Positions 13,721 through 26,350 are shown, numbered from the whole stretch's first letter. The stretch: 62,990 nucleotides of DNA, filler included, from Octopus bimaculoides (GCF_001194135.2; 7 parts of 7 records of this genome joined end to end with filler, not necessarily neighbours in it); one strand, 5' to 3'. The notes: a model not told the origin generated them from the sequence alone. Translations and numbers: made by a program.

Positions 13721-14301
13721 TATTAGGCAATTTATAAAGACATTTAAATAATAAACATAATCATGTATAAGAAACAAATTCATATTACACATCTTATGAA
13801 ATATATATGAAACATGAAACTTATCAATCAGATATTTTTAATATAGAGAGGTTATTTGGAAAGGAAAGTAAAAAGAAGTAACTTAAAAAAGAGACTGGTG
13901 AAAATACAGACAGTACATTCAGAAGATATATGTGGTAGATTATTAATTTTATTGTCTTACGTTATCTAGTCTCGTCTATCTACATTCTGAGATTGAATAC
14001 GTTGGGACGTACCTATCTATCTACATTAATTTTACGTATAATGTACACACACACACATTATTTGTAGTTTTATTGCTTCGAAATTCACCGTTCCAGAAAA
14101 GAATTGTTTTAAATTCTCGAAATTTTAAAATTTTCATTATATTCAACCATCTGTCTGTCTGTCTGTCTGTCTGTCGCTTTCTCTCTTTCTCGCTGTCTCT
14201 CTCTCTCGCTCGCTCTCTCTCGCTCGCTCTCTCTCTCTGTCTGTCTCTCTCTCTCGCTCTGTCTCTCTGTCTCTCTCTCTCTCTGTCTCTCTCTCTCTCT
14301 G

Positions 14302-14346
<45 letters not shown>

Positions 14347-14360
14347 ATACACACGTAAAA

Positions 14361-14674
14361 GGTAACAACCCCTTCGGTCATGAATGACCATGAGATTGCA
14401 CCGAGAAAGTTACCCTTCAAGGCACAAGTTTGGGCATAGTTGTTTATGGAAGACCAGCAGTCGCCTATGCATACCAACCTCTCCTCTCCATGCCACCGAT
14501 GTTATCCAAGGGAAAGGTAAAGGCCGATACAGCTTGGCACCAGTGACGTCGTAACTCATTTCTACAGCTGAGTGAAGTGGAGCAACGCGAAATAAAGTTG
14601 CTTGCTCAATAACACGACACGCAGCCCGTTCCGATGATTGTAAGCCCGACACTCTAACCACTGAGCCATGTGCC
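14361..14674 (-). mobile_element. tRNA-derived SINE, family C
   Basis: Minus strand starts GGCACATGGCTCAGTGGTTAGAGTGTCGGGCT (Pol III A-box-like head); central TTGCTCCACTTCACTCAGCTGTAGAAATGAG core; tail abuts simple repeats. Confidence 0.75.
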
Positions 14675-14683
14675 ATGCATAAT

Positions 14684-14733
<50 letters not shown>

Positions 14734-15155
14734 TACATGTACTTGTTTGATATTTACATAATAGTTTAAGTAGGAATCAAGACAGTTATATCTGGCAGAC
14801 GTACTTTAAAATTGCAAACCCAATTGCTTCTTATCACTTATACCACTTTAAAACATTTATCTAATCTAATGGTTTTTGATAAACCATAACTTGTCCTTTC
14901 CATCATAATGTCATAGTCATAGGCAAAACTTAATAAAACTTTACAGACGATATATCCGTTAGTTCCGTGTTAGTAACTGATATTTTCCATCGACTTGAGA
15001 ATTGAAATATAACTACACATTTCCAAACGCTCTATCCCCCCCACTCCTCCCACAATTTTTACTACAATGGTACTTCAGTTTAATGCTTCACTGCTTTTAT
15101 ATATAACTATACGTAAGAACAAACGTTAATGTATATACATATATATATATATATA

Positions 15156-15255
15156 NNNNNNNNNNNNNNNNNNNNNNNNNNNNNNNNNNNNNNNNNNNNT
15201 TAATTAATTAANNNNNNNNNNNNNNNNNNNNNNNNNNNNNNNNNNNNNNNNNNNN
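15156..15255. other. Assembly pad N44-TTAATTAATTAA-N44
   Basis: Exact 100-bp pad with a 12-mer that supplies stop codons in all six frames. Confidence 0.9.
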
Positions 15256-15286
<31 letters not shown>

Positions 15287-15469
15287 CATGTACATACATA
15301 TATATATTTGCATATACATACATACACACATACATGCACACATACATACATACATACATACATCACCTATTATAGAATGTTTAGATAAAAGCTAATAAAA
15401 GTTTCATGCCATGAAGACACGATAATTTGGTATATATATATATATACCTTCAGATTATTCTGTTTTTCC

Positions 15470-15640
15470 GGTCACACTTTTTTAACTGACTGCGAAGCGT
15501 TTCGTTCAACAACGACGAGGATCTAAAACCGTATCCCCATGGACTTTTCGATTCATGACGCGGTAATTTCTCCAGTCAAGGCATTAACAAACCATGAGAA
15601 CGTTGACAAGACGTCATGAACAATAAAGCAGTATATTATA
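15470..15640 (+). mobile_element. Short mariner-like 3' remnant
   Basis: Weak translated similarity (F.NDEDLK...F...GI.K); heavily decayed. Confidence 0.35.
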
Positions 15641-17112
15641 TCATTATATCATTATATCATTGTTAAAAGTGCGGATGAAAATATAGGAAAGAGAAAAACA
15701 TCGAATTCATCGAACAACACAATATAATCAATATATTTCCAGTGCAACGGCAATTATTCTTTTAGCAGACATCGAGTGACTCGCAATTGGACGAAGCACG
15801 ACCTGATAATTGAAGTGTTGGACAGGTGATTGTCCGTATGCTAGCGGGATAGGATATATGAAGCTAGTAGCACATTTCCATGAAGATGCATTATTATCTA
15901 TTGGTCCTGCTTTTTGGCTGAAAATGTGTAACCAGCGGCAGAGTTGACTTTGTCACAGAACATTATTACATCTGACAGAGGAATGTTTTGTATTTTCAGT
16001 CCTTTTTGCTCTATTGTTTTTTTTATAGTCATTATTTTGTTTCTGTCACTGGACAACGTTCATACAGCAGCACCGCTTTAAAGTATTTGTTTAGTAGTTC
16101 TCAACCATTTTTTTTTTATCTATGTACTCTTTTGATTGCTATCTTATTCCAGTGGATCCCCAAACCCAATCGATGTCTAAGAGACTTAACCACACAGACA
16201 CGGTTTGCGTCTACGCGCCTCACCTATTGGATCAATACAGTCTCTATACTTATTTTTCGTGGATCTCGGGAATACATTATTTAATAGCCTGGCCCTCCGT
16301 CAGTTCTGACGTCGAGTGTTCCAAGTTGATACGATCAATGGCACAGCCTGTTCGTGAAATTAACATCCAAGTGGCTGAGCATTTCATGGACACACGTGGA
16401 CCCTTACCATACTTCTCAGTGTGACACAGAATGTTACAAGGCTGCCTCTTTTGAATTAAAGGCACAAATCACTTTTGCCATCGGAGTGGCCTTAATCAAA
16501 TATATCCATTCATTATTGTTTTCAACAACAGAGTGTGACTTCAATGAAGCTTAGTTACCATTTCTAGAAGATAGTGATATCATATACTGGTATCTTTGCC
16601 GGATTATATTTCTGGATGATTTTAATAAATGCGTCTTTTTTCTGTACAAACACTAATTCCATTCATTGCACAATAAACCTACAACACTTTGGTCAAAACG
16701 ATCATTACATTCATGGTTATTTTGATAGTAGGACATAATTAGCAGGTTAAATGTCTATTTTCTTTTTACACTTTTTGTGTTATTTTTTACTTTGCTTGAT
16801 GATCTTGTTGTTGTTGCTTTCTTTGAGTTAATGAATATTTTTTGCCTCATTAAATGAGAAAATGAAGGAGCAAAGGTTGTCGAGTTGGCGTGTTTTGAGT
16901 TACTTACTTATCTGTTTCGTGTCCAGTTCATTACACACAGCCTATCAAGAGAGACTCACGATTGGACAGAACACACGCACACAAGCACAGCAACATATAC
17001 ACATAAATACAAGCTTGTTCACCTACACCGACAGGTGTATATGCTCACATACATTTGTATATAATATATATGTGTATATATGTTTGTATATATATTTATG
17101 TATATGTATATA

Positions 17113-17211
<99 letters not shown>

Positions 17212-18030
17212 GTATATATGCATATATTATTGTATGTATATGTATATACATATTGATATATATGCACATGCATATGTATTTATGCATATATATGGCTGAA
17301 AAACTAGCCCATGGTGTCATGTCTCAAATGTATTATTTCTAGTTACTGGAGATTTTCTCATATGCAAGTTCGAACACGCGTGCGTAGACGCGCGTATTTA
17401 GAAAAAAATCACACACACATACACAATCATATAGGTATGCTACTTACTTTTAATTAACTATTTTAGCCTGTGCGTGTCTATGCAAAAGGACATGTGTGTG
17501 TCTTCGTGTGTGTGCATGTGTGTGTATGAGCATGTGTTTATGTGTGTGTGTATGTGTCTGTGTATATGTGTGTGCCATATTGCATGTGCATAAGTAAATG
17601 TTTGCTAGTTTCACCGACTCTATATAGTAGTAAGAGGAGTAGGGGGACGGGAGTGGGGAGAGGAAAGTCTAGCGTTAGCTAATCGTGCCAACCAGAAATA
17701 AATCAGTTTCTTTCTTTGTATAAATAATTGTAGTTAGGTTTGTTACCTGTATTAATGAAAGGGCAAGAAGACTTTTTCTTTCTGTAGTTTCAAGTTTCGA
17801 AATTTGATAGTGACTTTTTATTAGTTGAAAGTGGACAATTGTTTCTTCTTAAGTCAAACGAATTCTCAGAAGTTTTCTTCATTTTTTTTTTTTTTTCTTT
17901 TTCCTTAAATTTACTTTACAACTTTCGAAACGGACAAAATATGAGAACGAATCTCTATATCAAAAGTCGAAAAACACCTCACACCCTTCCATAAAAATTT
18001 GGATCCGCTCTCTTTTAATATTTTTACTAA

Positions 18031-18245
18031 GGCAGCGAGCTGGCAGAATCGTTAGCGTGCCGGACGAAATGCTTAGTGGTATTTCGTCTGTCTTTACGTT
18101 CTGAGTTCAAATTCCGTCGGGGTCAGATTTGCCTTTCATCCTTTCGGGATCGATAAATTAAGTACCAGTTGTGTACTAGGGTCAATCTAATCGACTGACC
18201 CCTTCCCCACCAAAATTTTGGGCCTTGTGCCTAGAGTAGAAAATA
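18031..18245 (+). mobile_element. tRNA-derived SINE, family A (near full length)
   Basis: GGCAGCGAGCTGGCAGAATCGTTAGC head, GAGTTCAAATTCC B-box-like motif, GGCCTTGTGCCTAGAGTAGAAAA tail. Confidence 0.85.
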
Positions 18246-18887
18246 ATTTTTTTACTATATTTTACTCGTCGCAGTCATAGGACTGCGGCCATACTGGGGT
18301 GCTGCCTTAAAGTGTTTAGTCGAACAAATTGCTCAGTTACGAAACTATCTCAACATATATATATAATTGAATGGACCCAATATTCAAATTAAGAGCTAGA
18401 AATAGTTTTGTGGACTTCCATAGCCGTTCGTAGTTTTTAAAAATACTATTATATTTTTATAATCACGTATTATTATGAACTGTATAAAATTTGCTCATAT
18501 ATTTTGTGTATTATGGAAGTATATCCAATTTAATGCACATAAATTTCCACAAAAAAACTTCCATAGACACTCAAAGGTTATATGGACTCTTCTTGAACAC
18601 TACTAGCCTATACTATAACAGTTGATGCGGCCTAAACGACAAAACGGAATCAAAATTTATATCAGACTTTATATCAGATATTTGACTGCTAGAACATATC
18701 AGTCTCCCTCAAAATCCGTTTATTCCCTCATAGGAAAAAAATTAATGAGAGACAGAGTAGAAAGTGCTGTCCTATATATTGTGTTGTTTCACTCAATCTC
18801 TTCCCGTAACCCTTAATTTAATCTATTTTTATATTTTGTTAATTATAAATAGTTCAAATGTTTGTTTTCTTTTCTTTCTAATTCAAG

Positions 18888-19165
18888 GTCCAAATTCGAA
18901 CCAGCGACGAAGAGGTCGACAAACCTATACAAGATTTCAGACACTAGAACTAGAGAAAGAATTCAAATTCAACCGTTATCTGACACGACGACGGCGTATT
19001 GAGCTTTCGCACATGCTCTGTTTGACGGAGAGACAGATCAAAATCTGGTTTCAAAACAGAAGAATGAAAGAAAAGAAGGAATTACAAGCAATTAAAGAAC
19101 TTAATGAGCAGGGCCGAACACAAGATGTTTCAAAGACACATAAAAACTCGGAAGCTTCAAGTTAA
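18888..19165 (+). CDS. Lox2: Hox gene Lox2: homeobox-containing terminal exon
   Basis: [91 protein letters not shown] and the Ubd-A parapeptide QAIKELN separate Lox2 from Antp and Lox4. Polypyrimidine tract and AG at 18886-87, phase 1; homeodomain 18905-19084; TAA at 19163-65. Confidence 0.92.
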
Positions 19166-20218
19166 TGTGACTACAACATAATTGAGTACGAGAGAGAGAG
19201 AGAGAAAAATGTTTATATAATTAATTTTAAAATGAGGACGTGATAAAAAAAAAGTTTAAAAAATATTATTGATAAGACTGACTAATAATGGTTTTTATCA
19301 ATATTTTATCATTGTCAATCAGTCCTGATTTTTTTTTTCTTTCATTTTTTTAATAACTTGCGATGTGTAAAGCAAACAGTTCAGTATATTCATCCTTCTG
19401 GAACCAAAATGGACAAAATATTATCAATGCATCACATACGACAAGAACGTAAATGAACAAAATGATAAAGAATTAAAGATATGCATGAGTTAGATATATT
19501 TGAGAGACACGTGCAAAATACAAATGCGTACAAGTACAATGCATACAAAGCAAACACACACACACACACACACATCACTCACCCACTCACTCATTCATTC
19601 ACTCACTCACTCATTCACTCACCTACTCACTCAATCACCCACTCACCTACTCACTCACTCACTCATTCACAAACAGCTCAACGTCTTGTACAACAAACTA
19701 TAAAGTAAAGAATATCACAAAAACCATTTAAGAAAAATGCAAGCTGCAAAGTTGCCAAAACTTAGAATGATTAATTCGAATAACGTTTCCAATTTTCACC
19801 AATACAGTTTCTGTAGAATTAGTTACAACAGATCATCTCAGTACGAATACAAATAAGATCGGAAGNNNNNNNNNNNNNNNNNNNNNNNNNNCATGTGCAT
19901 GCATACATCCATCCATCCATCCATACATACATACATACATACATACATACATACATACACATGCGTATAAGTACATGCATGTATGCGGCAAATAGGTATA
20001 AATGGGTTCTTTCAAGGCAAATGCTTCTGTGATGGGATCTAGGGTGCAATTGAAGATCAATAAGTGTAGGTGCTTCACAGGATTGTTGGTAAACGAGAAC
20101 ATTTCTGCTGAGTGGCCAAACTTACTAATGGCATTATACAACTTACTTTAGCATTTCGGTCACTCCTATATTACTAACAACAGCAACATCAACAACAACA
20201 ACAACAACAATAATAGTA

Positions 20219-20282
<64 letters not shown>

Positions 20283-20528
20283 TAATAATAATAATAATAA
20301 TTAATGGGTTCTGATTATTCGGATTTAGAGCCAAGCCCAACAGAGTAAAACAAAACCAAATATACAATTGTGAGCTGTTTCAGATAAAATTTATTCAGTC
20401 GATGGAGTTCTTAACGGAATAATGGTAGTAGAAGAAGTAAAGCAAGTCCAAAATGTCGGTAGTTATCTATTTGAACGCCAAATATAATTATGGGATTTTA
20501 CTAATTGTAGTTCAAATATATTTTAAAC

Positions 20529-20628
20529 NNNNNNNNNNNNNNNNNNNNNNNNNNNNNNNNNNNNNNNNNNNNTTAATTAATTAANNNNNNNNNNNNNNNN
20601 NNNNNNNNNNNNNNNNNNNNNNNNNNNN
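20529..20628. other. Assembly pad N44-TTAATTAATTAA-N44
   Basis: Identical 100-bp pad. Confidence 0.9.
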
Positions 20629-20663
<35 letters not shown>

Positions 20664-21420
20664 AAGCAAACGTTGTTAAGTACGACAGCCCATAATAATG
20701 ATTAATTATATCAGTTAATAATGCATTGTTGGTTAAAACAACAAAAACACAAAAAACATTCTACTGCATCTGCTCTGTTCTTCTGTTGTGGTGTATACAT
20801 ATGAGTGCAGTAGCAGTCATAATAATAATAATAATGATAATCGTAATAATAATAATGATAATAATAATATCAACAACGACAACAATTATGATAATTATAA
20901 TAAAATGTGAAAATATATTTGGGGAAAGTAAAAAAAGATTGCACTCACAAAGAAGAAATTGTTTTTGTGATAGGAAAAAAAAACGGTACTGTGCAAAATG
21001 GAAGAATCCTTTTGCAGTTTTGATTGAATATATTTACTCAGTAATTTGAGAAGGAGGCATTTAAAGTCCTCTTGAAATAAAATGAATGTATTTGTCATAG
21101 AATTTCTAAGAGAAACCTTGGTTTCTCTACCTCTCTCTGTCCTCTCTCTTTCTCTCCTGTCTCTCCCTCCCACCTCTCTCTCCTCTCTACCTTCTCTCTC
21201 TCTTCCTCCCCCTCTTTCTCTCTTACTCCTCCTCTCTCTCTCTTTCTCATACAGATTCAAATACATGCACATATATTCAAACAAAGACGCACACATGAAC
21301 ATAACCTTAAAGCAAAAAAATATTTAAAAGGTGATTTGCAGTTCAAAGTATTTTCAAAGGTCAAAATCAAACTGTGACACACACACACATACACACACGC
21401 ACACGCACATGCACACACGT

Positions 21421-21570
21421 AGGTGTGTGGTAAAAAGTTTGCTTCCCAACCACACAGTTCTGGGTTCAGTCCCACTGCATGGCACCTTGGACAAGTGTCT
21501 TCTATAGCCTCAGGCTCATGAAAGCCTTGGGAGTGGATTTGGTAGACAAAAACTGAAAGAAGCCCATCAG
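21421..21570 (+). mobile_element. tRNA-derived SINE, family B
   Basis: GTGTGGTAA..AG.TTGCTTCCCAACCAC..GGGTTCAGTCCCACTG..TGGCACCTTGG.CAAGTGTCTTCTA; also present at 23238, 23718 and 32398. Confidence 0.8.
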
Positions 21571-22075
21571 ATATATATATATATANNNNNNNNNNNNNNN
21601 NNNNNNNNNNNNNNNNNNNNNNNNNNNNNNNNNNNNNNNNNNNNNNNNNNNNNNNNNNNNNNNNNNNNNNNNNNNNNNNNNNNNNNNNNNNNNNNNNNNN
21701 NNNNNNNNNNNNNNNNNNNNNNNNNNNNNNNNNNNNNNNNNNNNNNNNNNNNNNNNNNNNNNNNNNNNNNNNNNNNNNNNNNNNNNNNNNNNNNNNNNNN
21801 NNNNNNNNNNNNNNNNNNNNNNNNNNNNNNNNNNNNNNNNNNNNNNNNNNNNNNNNNNNNNNNNNNNNNNNNNNNNNNNNNNNNNNNNNNNNNNNNNNNN
21901 NNNNNNNNNNNNNNNNNNNNNNNNNNNNNNNNNNNNNNNNNNNNNNNNNNNNNNNNNNNNNNNNNNNNNNNNNNNNNNNNNNNNNNNNNNNNNNNNNNNN
22001 NNNNNNNNNNNNNNNNNNNNNNNNNNNNNNNNNNNNNNNNNNNNNNNNNNACACACACACACACACACACACACA

Positions 22076-22197
22076 CAGGAGTTGGACCAAATAATGGAAA
22101 CACCTAGCCTCATAGCATCATAATTTTGAAATATCTATAAAAGCTTGTTTATTTTTGTTTTTTGATTTATTATAAGTATTGCTTGATATGTTTTGCT
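22076..22197 (+). mobile_element. 5' TIR and leader fragment of the same Tc1-like family as 12452-13720
   Basis: CAGGAGTTGGACCAAATAATGGAAACACCT..CATAGCATCATAATTTTGAAATATCTATAAAA..GCTTGTTTATTTTT aligns with 12452-12580. Confidence 0.8.
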
Positions 22198-22307
22198 TCC
22201 AAAGCAAATGTCTTTGGGTTCAGTTCCAGGGTAAGGAACTGTGATCAAGTGTCATTTACTCTGGGAGTTGACCAAAGTCTGATGATTAGATGTGGCAAAG
22301 AGAATCT

Positions 22308-22820
22308 TGACTGGTTAACCAGGACTGTCCTGGTGTTGAACAAGAACAGCAAAAACATTGATAAAAGCAGATACATAAGAGGTCTTTAAGCGCTGGACCG
22401 CTTGACCAGAATTGACATGGGGTTAAAGAACAACAATAGAAACACCAACAACAGAGATCTTTAACCATTAGACTGCTTGACCAATAGAAACACCAACAAC
22501 AGACACGTAAAAGAGATCTTTTATCATTGGATTGCTTGACCAGGATTGACCTTGAGTTAAAAAACAACAACAGATAGACACACAGACTGATGAAATAAAC
22601 CTTTGAGCATTAGACCTCTTGACCAGAATTGACCGGGAGCTAAACAGCGATAACATAAAAGAGATCTTTAACCACTGGACTGTTTGACCAGGACTGAACT
22701 TGGGTTAAAAAAGAGCAACAACAACAGACAGACACACAGACAGATGAAATAAACTTTTGAGCATTAGACCTCTTGACCAGAACTGACCGGTTGCTAAACA
22801 ACAACAGCAATAACATACAT
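22308..22820. repeat. Degenerate higher-order minisatellite (about 75-bp subunits, about 155-bp dimer)
   Basis: Recurrent TTGACCAG(A/G)A(T/C)TGAC...AAACAACAAC...GAGATCTTTAACC and GATGAAATAAAC.TTTGAGCATTAGACCTC motifs. Confidence 0.75.
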
Positions 22821-22857
22821 AAGGCAAAATAAATGTTTTTTCTTTGCTATATTTTAG

Positions 22858-23041
22858 GACATCAGTGGTAAACTGCTGGACTTGTTTTGGATGGAGTGGA
22901 ATGCTGACGTGAAAATGCTGGCTGCATATTGTCTTGGATGCAACAATCAAGGGAAACAGTTCCACGATGATTTGCTGAACAAATTGGATTGCTCGGATGA
23001 TTGTATTCGTCGGAAAGCTCTCTGGATTATTGGACAATTCA
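22858..23041 (+). CDS. Internal coding exon of a HEAT-repeat protein, HEATR4-like
   Basis: TTTTTCTTTGCTATATTTTAG acceptor (AG 22856-57) and A|GTAAGT donor (GT 23042-43); 184 bp, phase 0 to 1, open: DISGKLLDLFWMEWNADVKMLAAYCLGCNNQGKQFHDDLLNKLDCSDDCIRRKALWIIGQF. Parallels recalled HEATR4 [39 protein letters not shown]..IG. Confidence 0.8.
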
Positions 23042-23237
23042 GTAAGTAAATTTAATCATCATTAACACAAGGGCTGGATTGTTAATGAGGTTGCTTTATA
23101 ATAACATAGCCCTTGGTTCTGACAAACAACACATACACACACACACTTTCATGCACACACACACACACAAACACACACACTTTCATGCACACACACACAT
23201 GCATGCATACACACACATTTATATGTAATTACATAGT

Positions 23238-23642
23238 AGGCGGAGGCGTGGCTGTGTGGTAAGGAGCTTGCTTCCCAACCACATGGTCCTGTGGTCAGTC
23301 CCACTACGTGGTACCTTGGGCAAGTGTTTTCTACTATAGCCTTGGGCTGATCAAAACCTTGTGAGTGGATTTGGGAGATGGAGACTGAAAGAAGCCCATT
23401 GTGTATATATATGTATATCTTTATGTGTTGTGTGTGTCTTTGTGTCTGTGTTTGTTCCCACTGTCGCTTGACAACTGATGTTAGTGTGTTTATGTCCCTG
23501 TAACTTAGCAGTTTCGTAAAAGAAACCAGTAGAATAAGTACCGAGCTGACAAAGAATAAGCTCTGAGGTCGATTTGTTCAACTAAAAGGTGGTGCTCCAG
23601 CATGGCCACAATCAAATGACTGAAACAAGTAAAAGAATAAAA
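23238..23642 (+). mobile_element. tRNA-derived SINE, family B, with long 3' part
   Basis: GGCGGAGGCGTGGCTGTGTGGTAAG head; 3' segment ends GGTGCTCCAGCATGGCCAC..AAATGACTGAAACAAGTAAAAGAATAAAAG. Confidence 0.8.
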
Positions 23643-23717
23643 GAAAGAGCACACACACACACACACACACACGCATATATATATATAGATATAGATATAG
23701 ATAGATAGATAAATAGA

Positions 23718-23857
23718 TAGGTGCAGGAGTGGTTGTGTGGTAAGTAGCTTGCTTACCAACCACATGGTTCCGGGTTCAGTCCCACTGCATGGCAACTTGA
23801 GCAAGTATCTTCTACTATAGCCTTGGACCAACCAAAGCATTGTGAGTGTATTTGGTA
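23718..23857 (+). mobile_element. tRNA-derived SINE, family B (truncated)
   Basis: Same head and core as 23238. Confidence 0.8.
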
Positions 23858-24224
23858 TTTAAAAGTGCCGCCTGGGGCGGGCTGCCCCTACCGACTCCCC
23901 CCTCCCCCACACTAGTGGACTGAACCCAAAATCACATGGTTACATAACTTCGTTCAAAGCTATTAAGTTTTACCTGTACACACTCACATGCACGTGTGCA
24001 CACGCACACACACACACACACACACAAATGCACACACATACAGACATATATGTCCACTGAAATGCATGCACAGAAATACACATAACCCTCCCCCACACGC
24101 ATATACATGCATATATGTTTGTATATATGTAAACACACACACACACACATACATATATATTTGTATATACGTACATAAACACACATAAATACCCATCGAA
24201 TTGCACACAGAGAAATACACTTAT

Positions 24225-24265
<41 letters not shown>

Positions 24266-24318
24266 CACATAGATATATATACATACTTGCATGCTGAGCA
24301 AAAGGTGTACATACGCCG

Positions 24319-24354
<36 letters not shown>

Positions 24355-24495
24355 CCCAAAATATGGAATAAGAACGTAACGGACAACAATAAAAACATAT
24401 GGACAGATGGACGATACAAAAACGGACAAGAAAACCAGGGCGGAATTATTTATATTTATATTTGTATGTATGTACACATACACACACATACATAT

Positions 24496-24527
<32 letters not shown>

Positions 24528-24533
24528 GAATGC

Positions 24534-24566
<33 letters not shown>

Positions 24567-24611
24567 ATTTGAATTTATTTACTGTCAACAAAGGATGCCT
24601 CTTACTGCACA

Positions 24612-24651
<40 letters not shown>

Positions 24652-25190
24652 ACAATCTGTTTCACCTTCTCTCACCTTTCCTTTATTTAGTTCTCTCTTT
24701 CACATCTCTTCCTCCTTCTCTCTCTCTCTCTCTCTCTACTCCTCTTTTTCTCTCTGATCATGGCAGCAGGGTGTGGGTGGGCTGAAAGTTTGTGGGGTGG
24801 GGTAGGTAGGGACAGTATATTGGCTTGGTTGTTGTTGTTGTTGNNNNNNNNNNNNNNNNNNNNNNNNNNNNNNNNNNNNNNNNNNNNNNNNNNNNNNNNN
24901 NNNNNNNNNNNNNNNNNNNNNNNNNNNNNNNNNNNNNNNNNNNNNNNNNNNNNNNNNNNNNNNNNNNNNNNNNNNNNNNNNNNNNNNNNNNNNNNNNNNN
25001 NNNNNNNNNNNNNNNNNNNNNNNNNNNNNNNNNNNNNNNNNNNNNNNNNNNNNNNNNNNNNNNNNNNNNNNNNNNNNNNNNNNNNNNNNNNNNNNNNNNN
25101 NNNNNNNNNNNNNNNNNNNNNNNNNNNNNNNNNNNNNNNNNNNNNNNNNNNNNNNNNNNNNNNNNNNNNNNNNNNNNNNNNNNNNNNNNN

Positions 25191-25630
25191 NTAGTGGTGG
25201 TGGTGGTAGTAGTGGTGGTGGTGTTGGTGGTAGTGGTAGTGGTAGTGGTGGTGATGATAGTGGTGGTGGTGGTGATGTTGACAATGAGGAAGTTTGTGAT
25301 GCTGCTGCTACAGTTGATGATGATGATGTTGATGATAGTTTTCATGACGATCATGATGGTCATAGTGATGATGATGATGAGAACGATGACGATGATGATG
25401 ATGATGATGATGATGATTATAACAATGGTGAAGCTGATGGTGCTGCTGCTGCTGTTGAGGATTATCACATTGATGATTGTTATAATGATGGTCACGATGG
25501 TGATGATGATGTTTGTGATGGTGATGATGATGATAATGACTACATCAGTGTTGCAGCTGTTGTTGTTGTTGTTGTTGTTGTTCGTGGTGGTGGTGGTGGT
25601 GGTAACGGCGGTGGTGGTAGTGATGCAAGT
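25191..25630. repeat. Mixed (GGT/GAT/GCT/GTT)n trinucleotide tract
   Basis: Low-complexity tract; source of poly-V/M/T pseudo-ORFs. Confidence 0.9.
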
Positions 25631-25879
25631 GACATTTTTGATTAATTAAACTGGCAGTGTGTTAATAATTAATGCAATTCCCCTCTCTCTCTTTCTGTCT
25701 GTCTCTCTCTCTCTCTCCCTCCATCCTCACCCATATGTTTCAATTACGCCTCTTCTCCCCCCCCCCACCATCTGCCTACTCAACTCCGCACCAACTCTCC
25801 CAGAGGACACATGCTGCTCATCAAACTGACCGCTAGGTGGAAAACTAACTGATTAGTTGACCAAACAATAATTAACAAA

Positions 25880-26350
25880 CAAACCGTTATCATCACCATC
25901 ATCATCATCATCACCCACGTGATTGTCGTCGCCGTCGTCGTCATCGTCGTCGTCATCGTCGTTGTCGTCATCATCTTCATCTTCTGTACCGTCTTTGTTA
26001 CCAACGAACCAGCCAGCCAGCCACAACTATTTTTTTTTTCTTTACACCATTTTGATTAATGTCATTAGCATTTCTCATTGCCAAAACCATTGATACCATC
26101 AGCATCATTAGCAGCATTGTTGTCATCTTCATCATCATCATCATCATCATCGCCAGTAGCAGCAGTGTCATTGTCAGCATCGTCATCATCATCATTGCCA
26201 TCGTCGTCATCATCGTCATCATCATCACTCTCATCATCATCATCATCATCATCACTCTCATCATCATCATCATTATCACCTTCATCTTTATTGTTGTCAG
26301 CATCTTCTTCCTTGCAATTGACACCATCATAATCAATCCTCATCATCACC
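25880..26350. repeat. Mixed (CAT/CGT/CAG)n trinucleotide tract
   Basis: Low-complexity tract; source of poly-D/I/S pseudo-ORFs. Confidence 0.9.

Noticed and set aside
15988-16554. Three overlapping plus ORFs with a faint piggyBac-like QWIPKPNR motif
   Set aside because: Similarity is too weak and the motif order does not fit; left unassigned.
18764-18887. N-terminal 41 codons of the 133-aa homeobox ORF
   Set aside because: Intronic T-rich sequence upstream of the acceptor; no hexapeptide.
1-18887. Search for Lox2 exon 1 (YPWM)
   Set aside because: The nearest matches (FPWT near 9322, LPWR near 9363, IFWM near 16610) lack Hox context and an upstream ORF.
18888-19165. Calling the homeobox Antp or Lox4
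   Set aside because: KFNRY, IELSHML, MKEKKE and QAIKELN fit Lox2; Antp has HFNRY/IEIAH/MKWKK and Lox4 has QFNHY/MKLKK.
15256-20528. Hox-associated miRNAs (miR-10, miR-993, iab-4) near Lox2
   Set aside because: No mature-sequence match seen by eye; a formal miRBase search was not possible.
22308-22820. CRISPR-like repeat-spacer array
   Set aside because: Eukaryotic context, degenerate repeats and non-unique spacers; it is a minisatellite.
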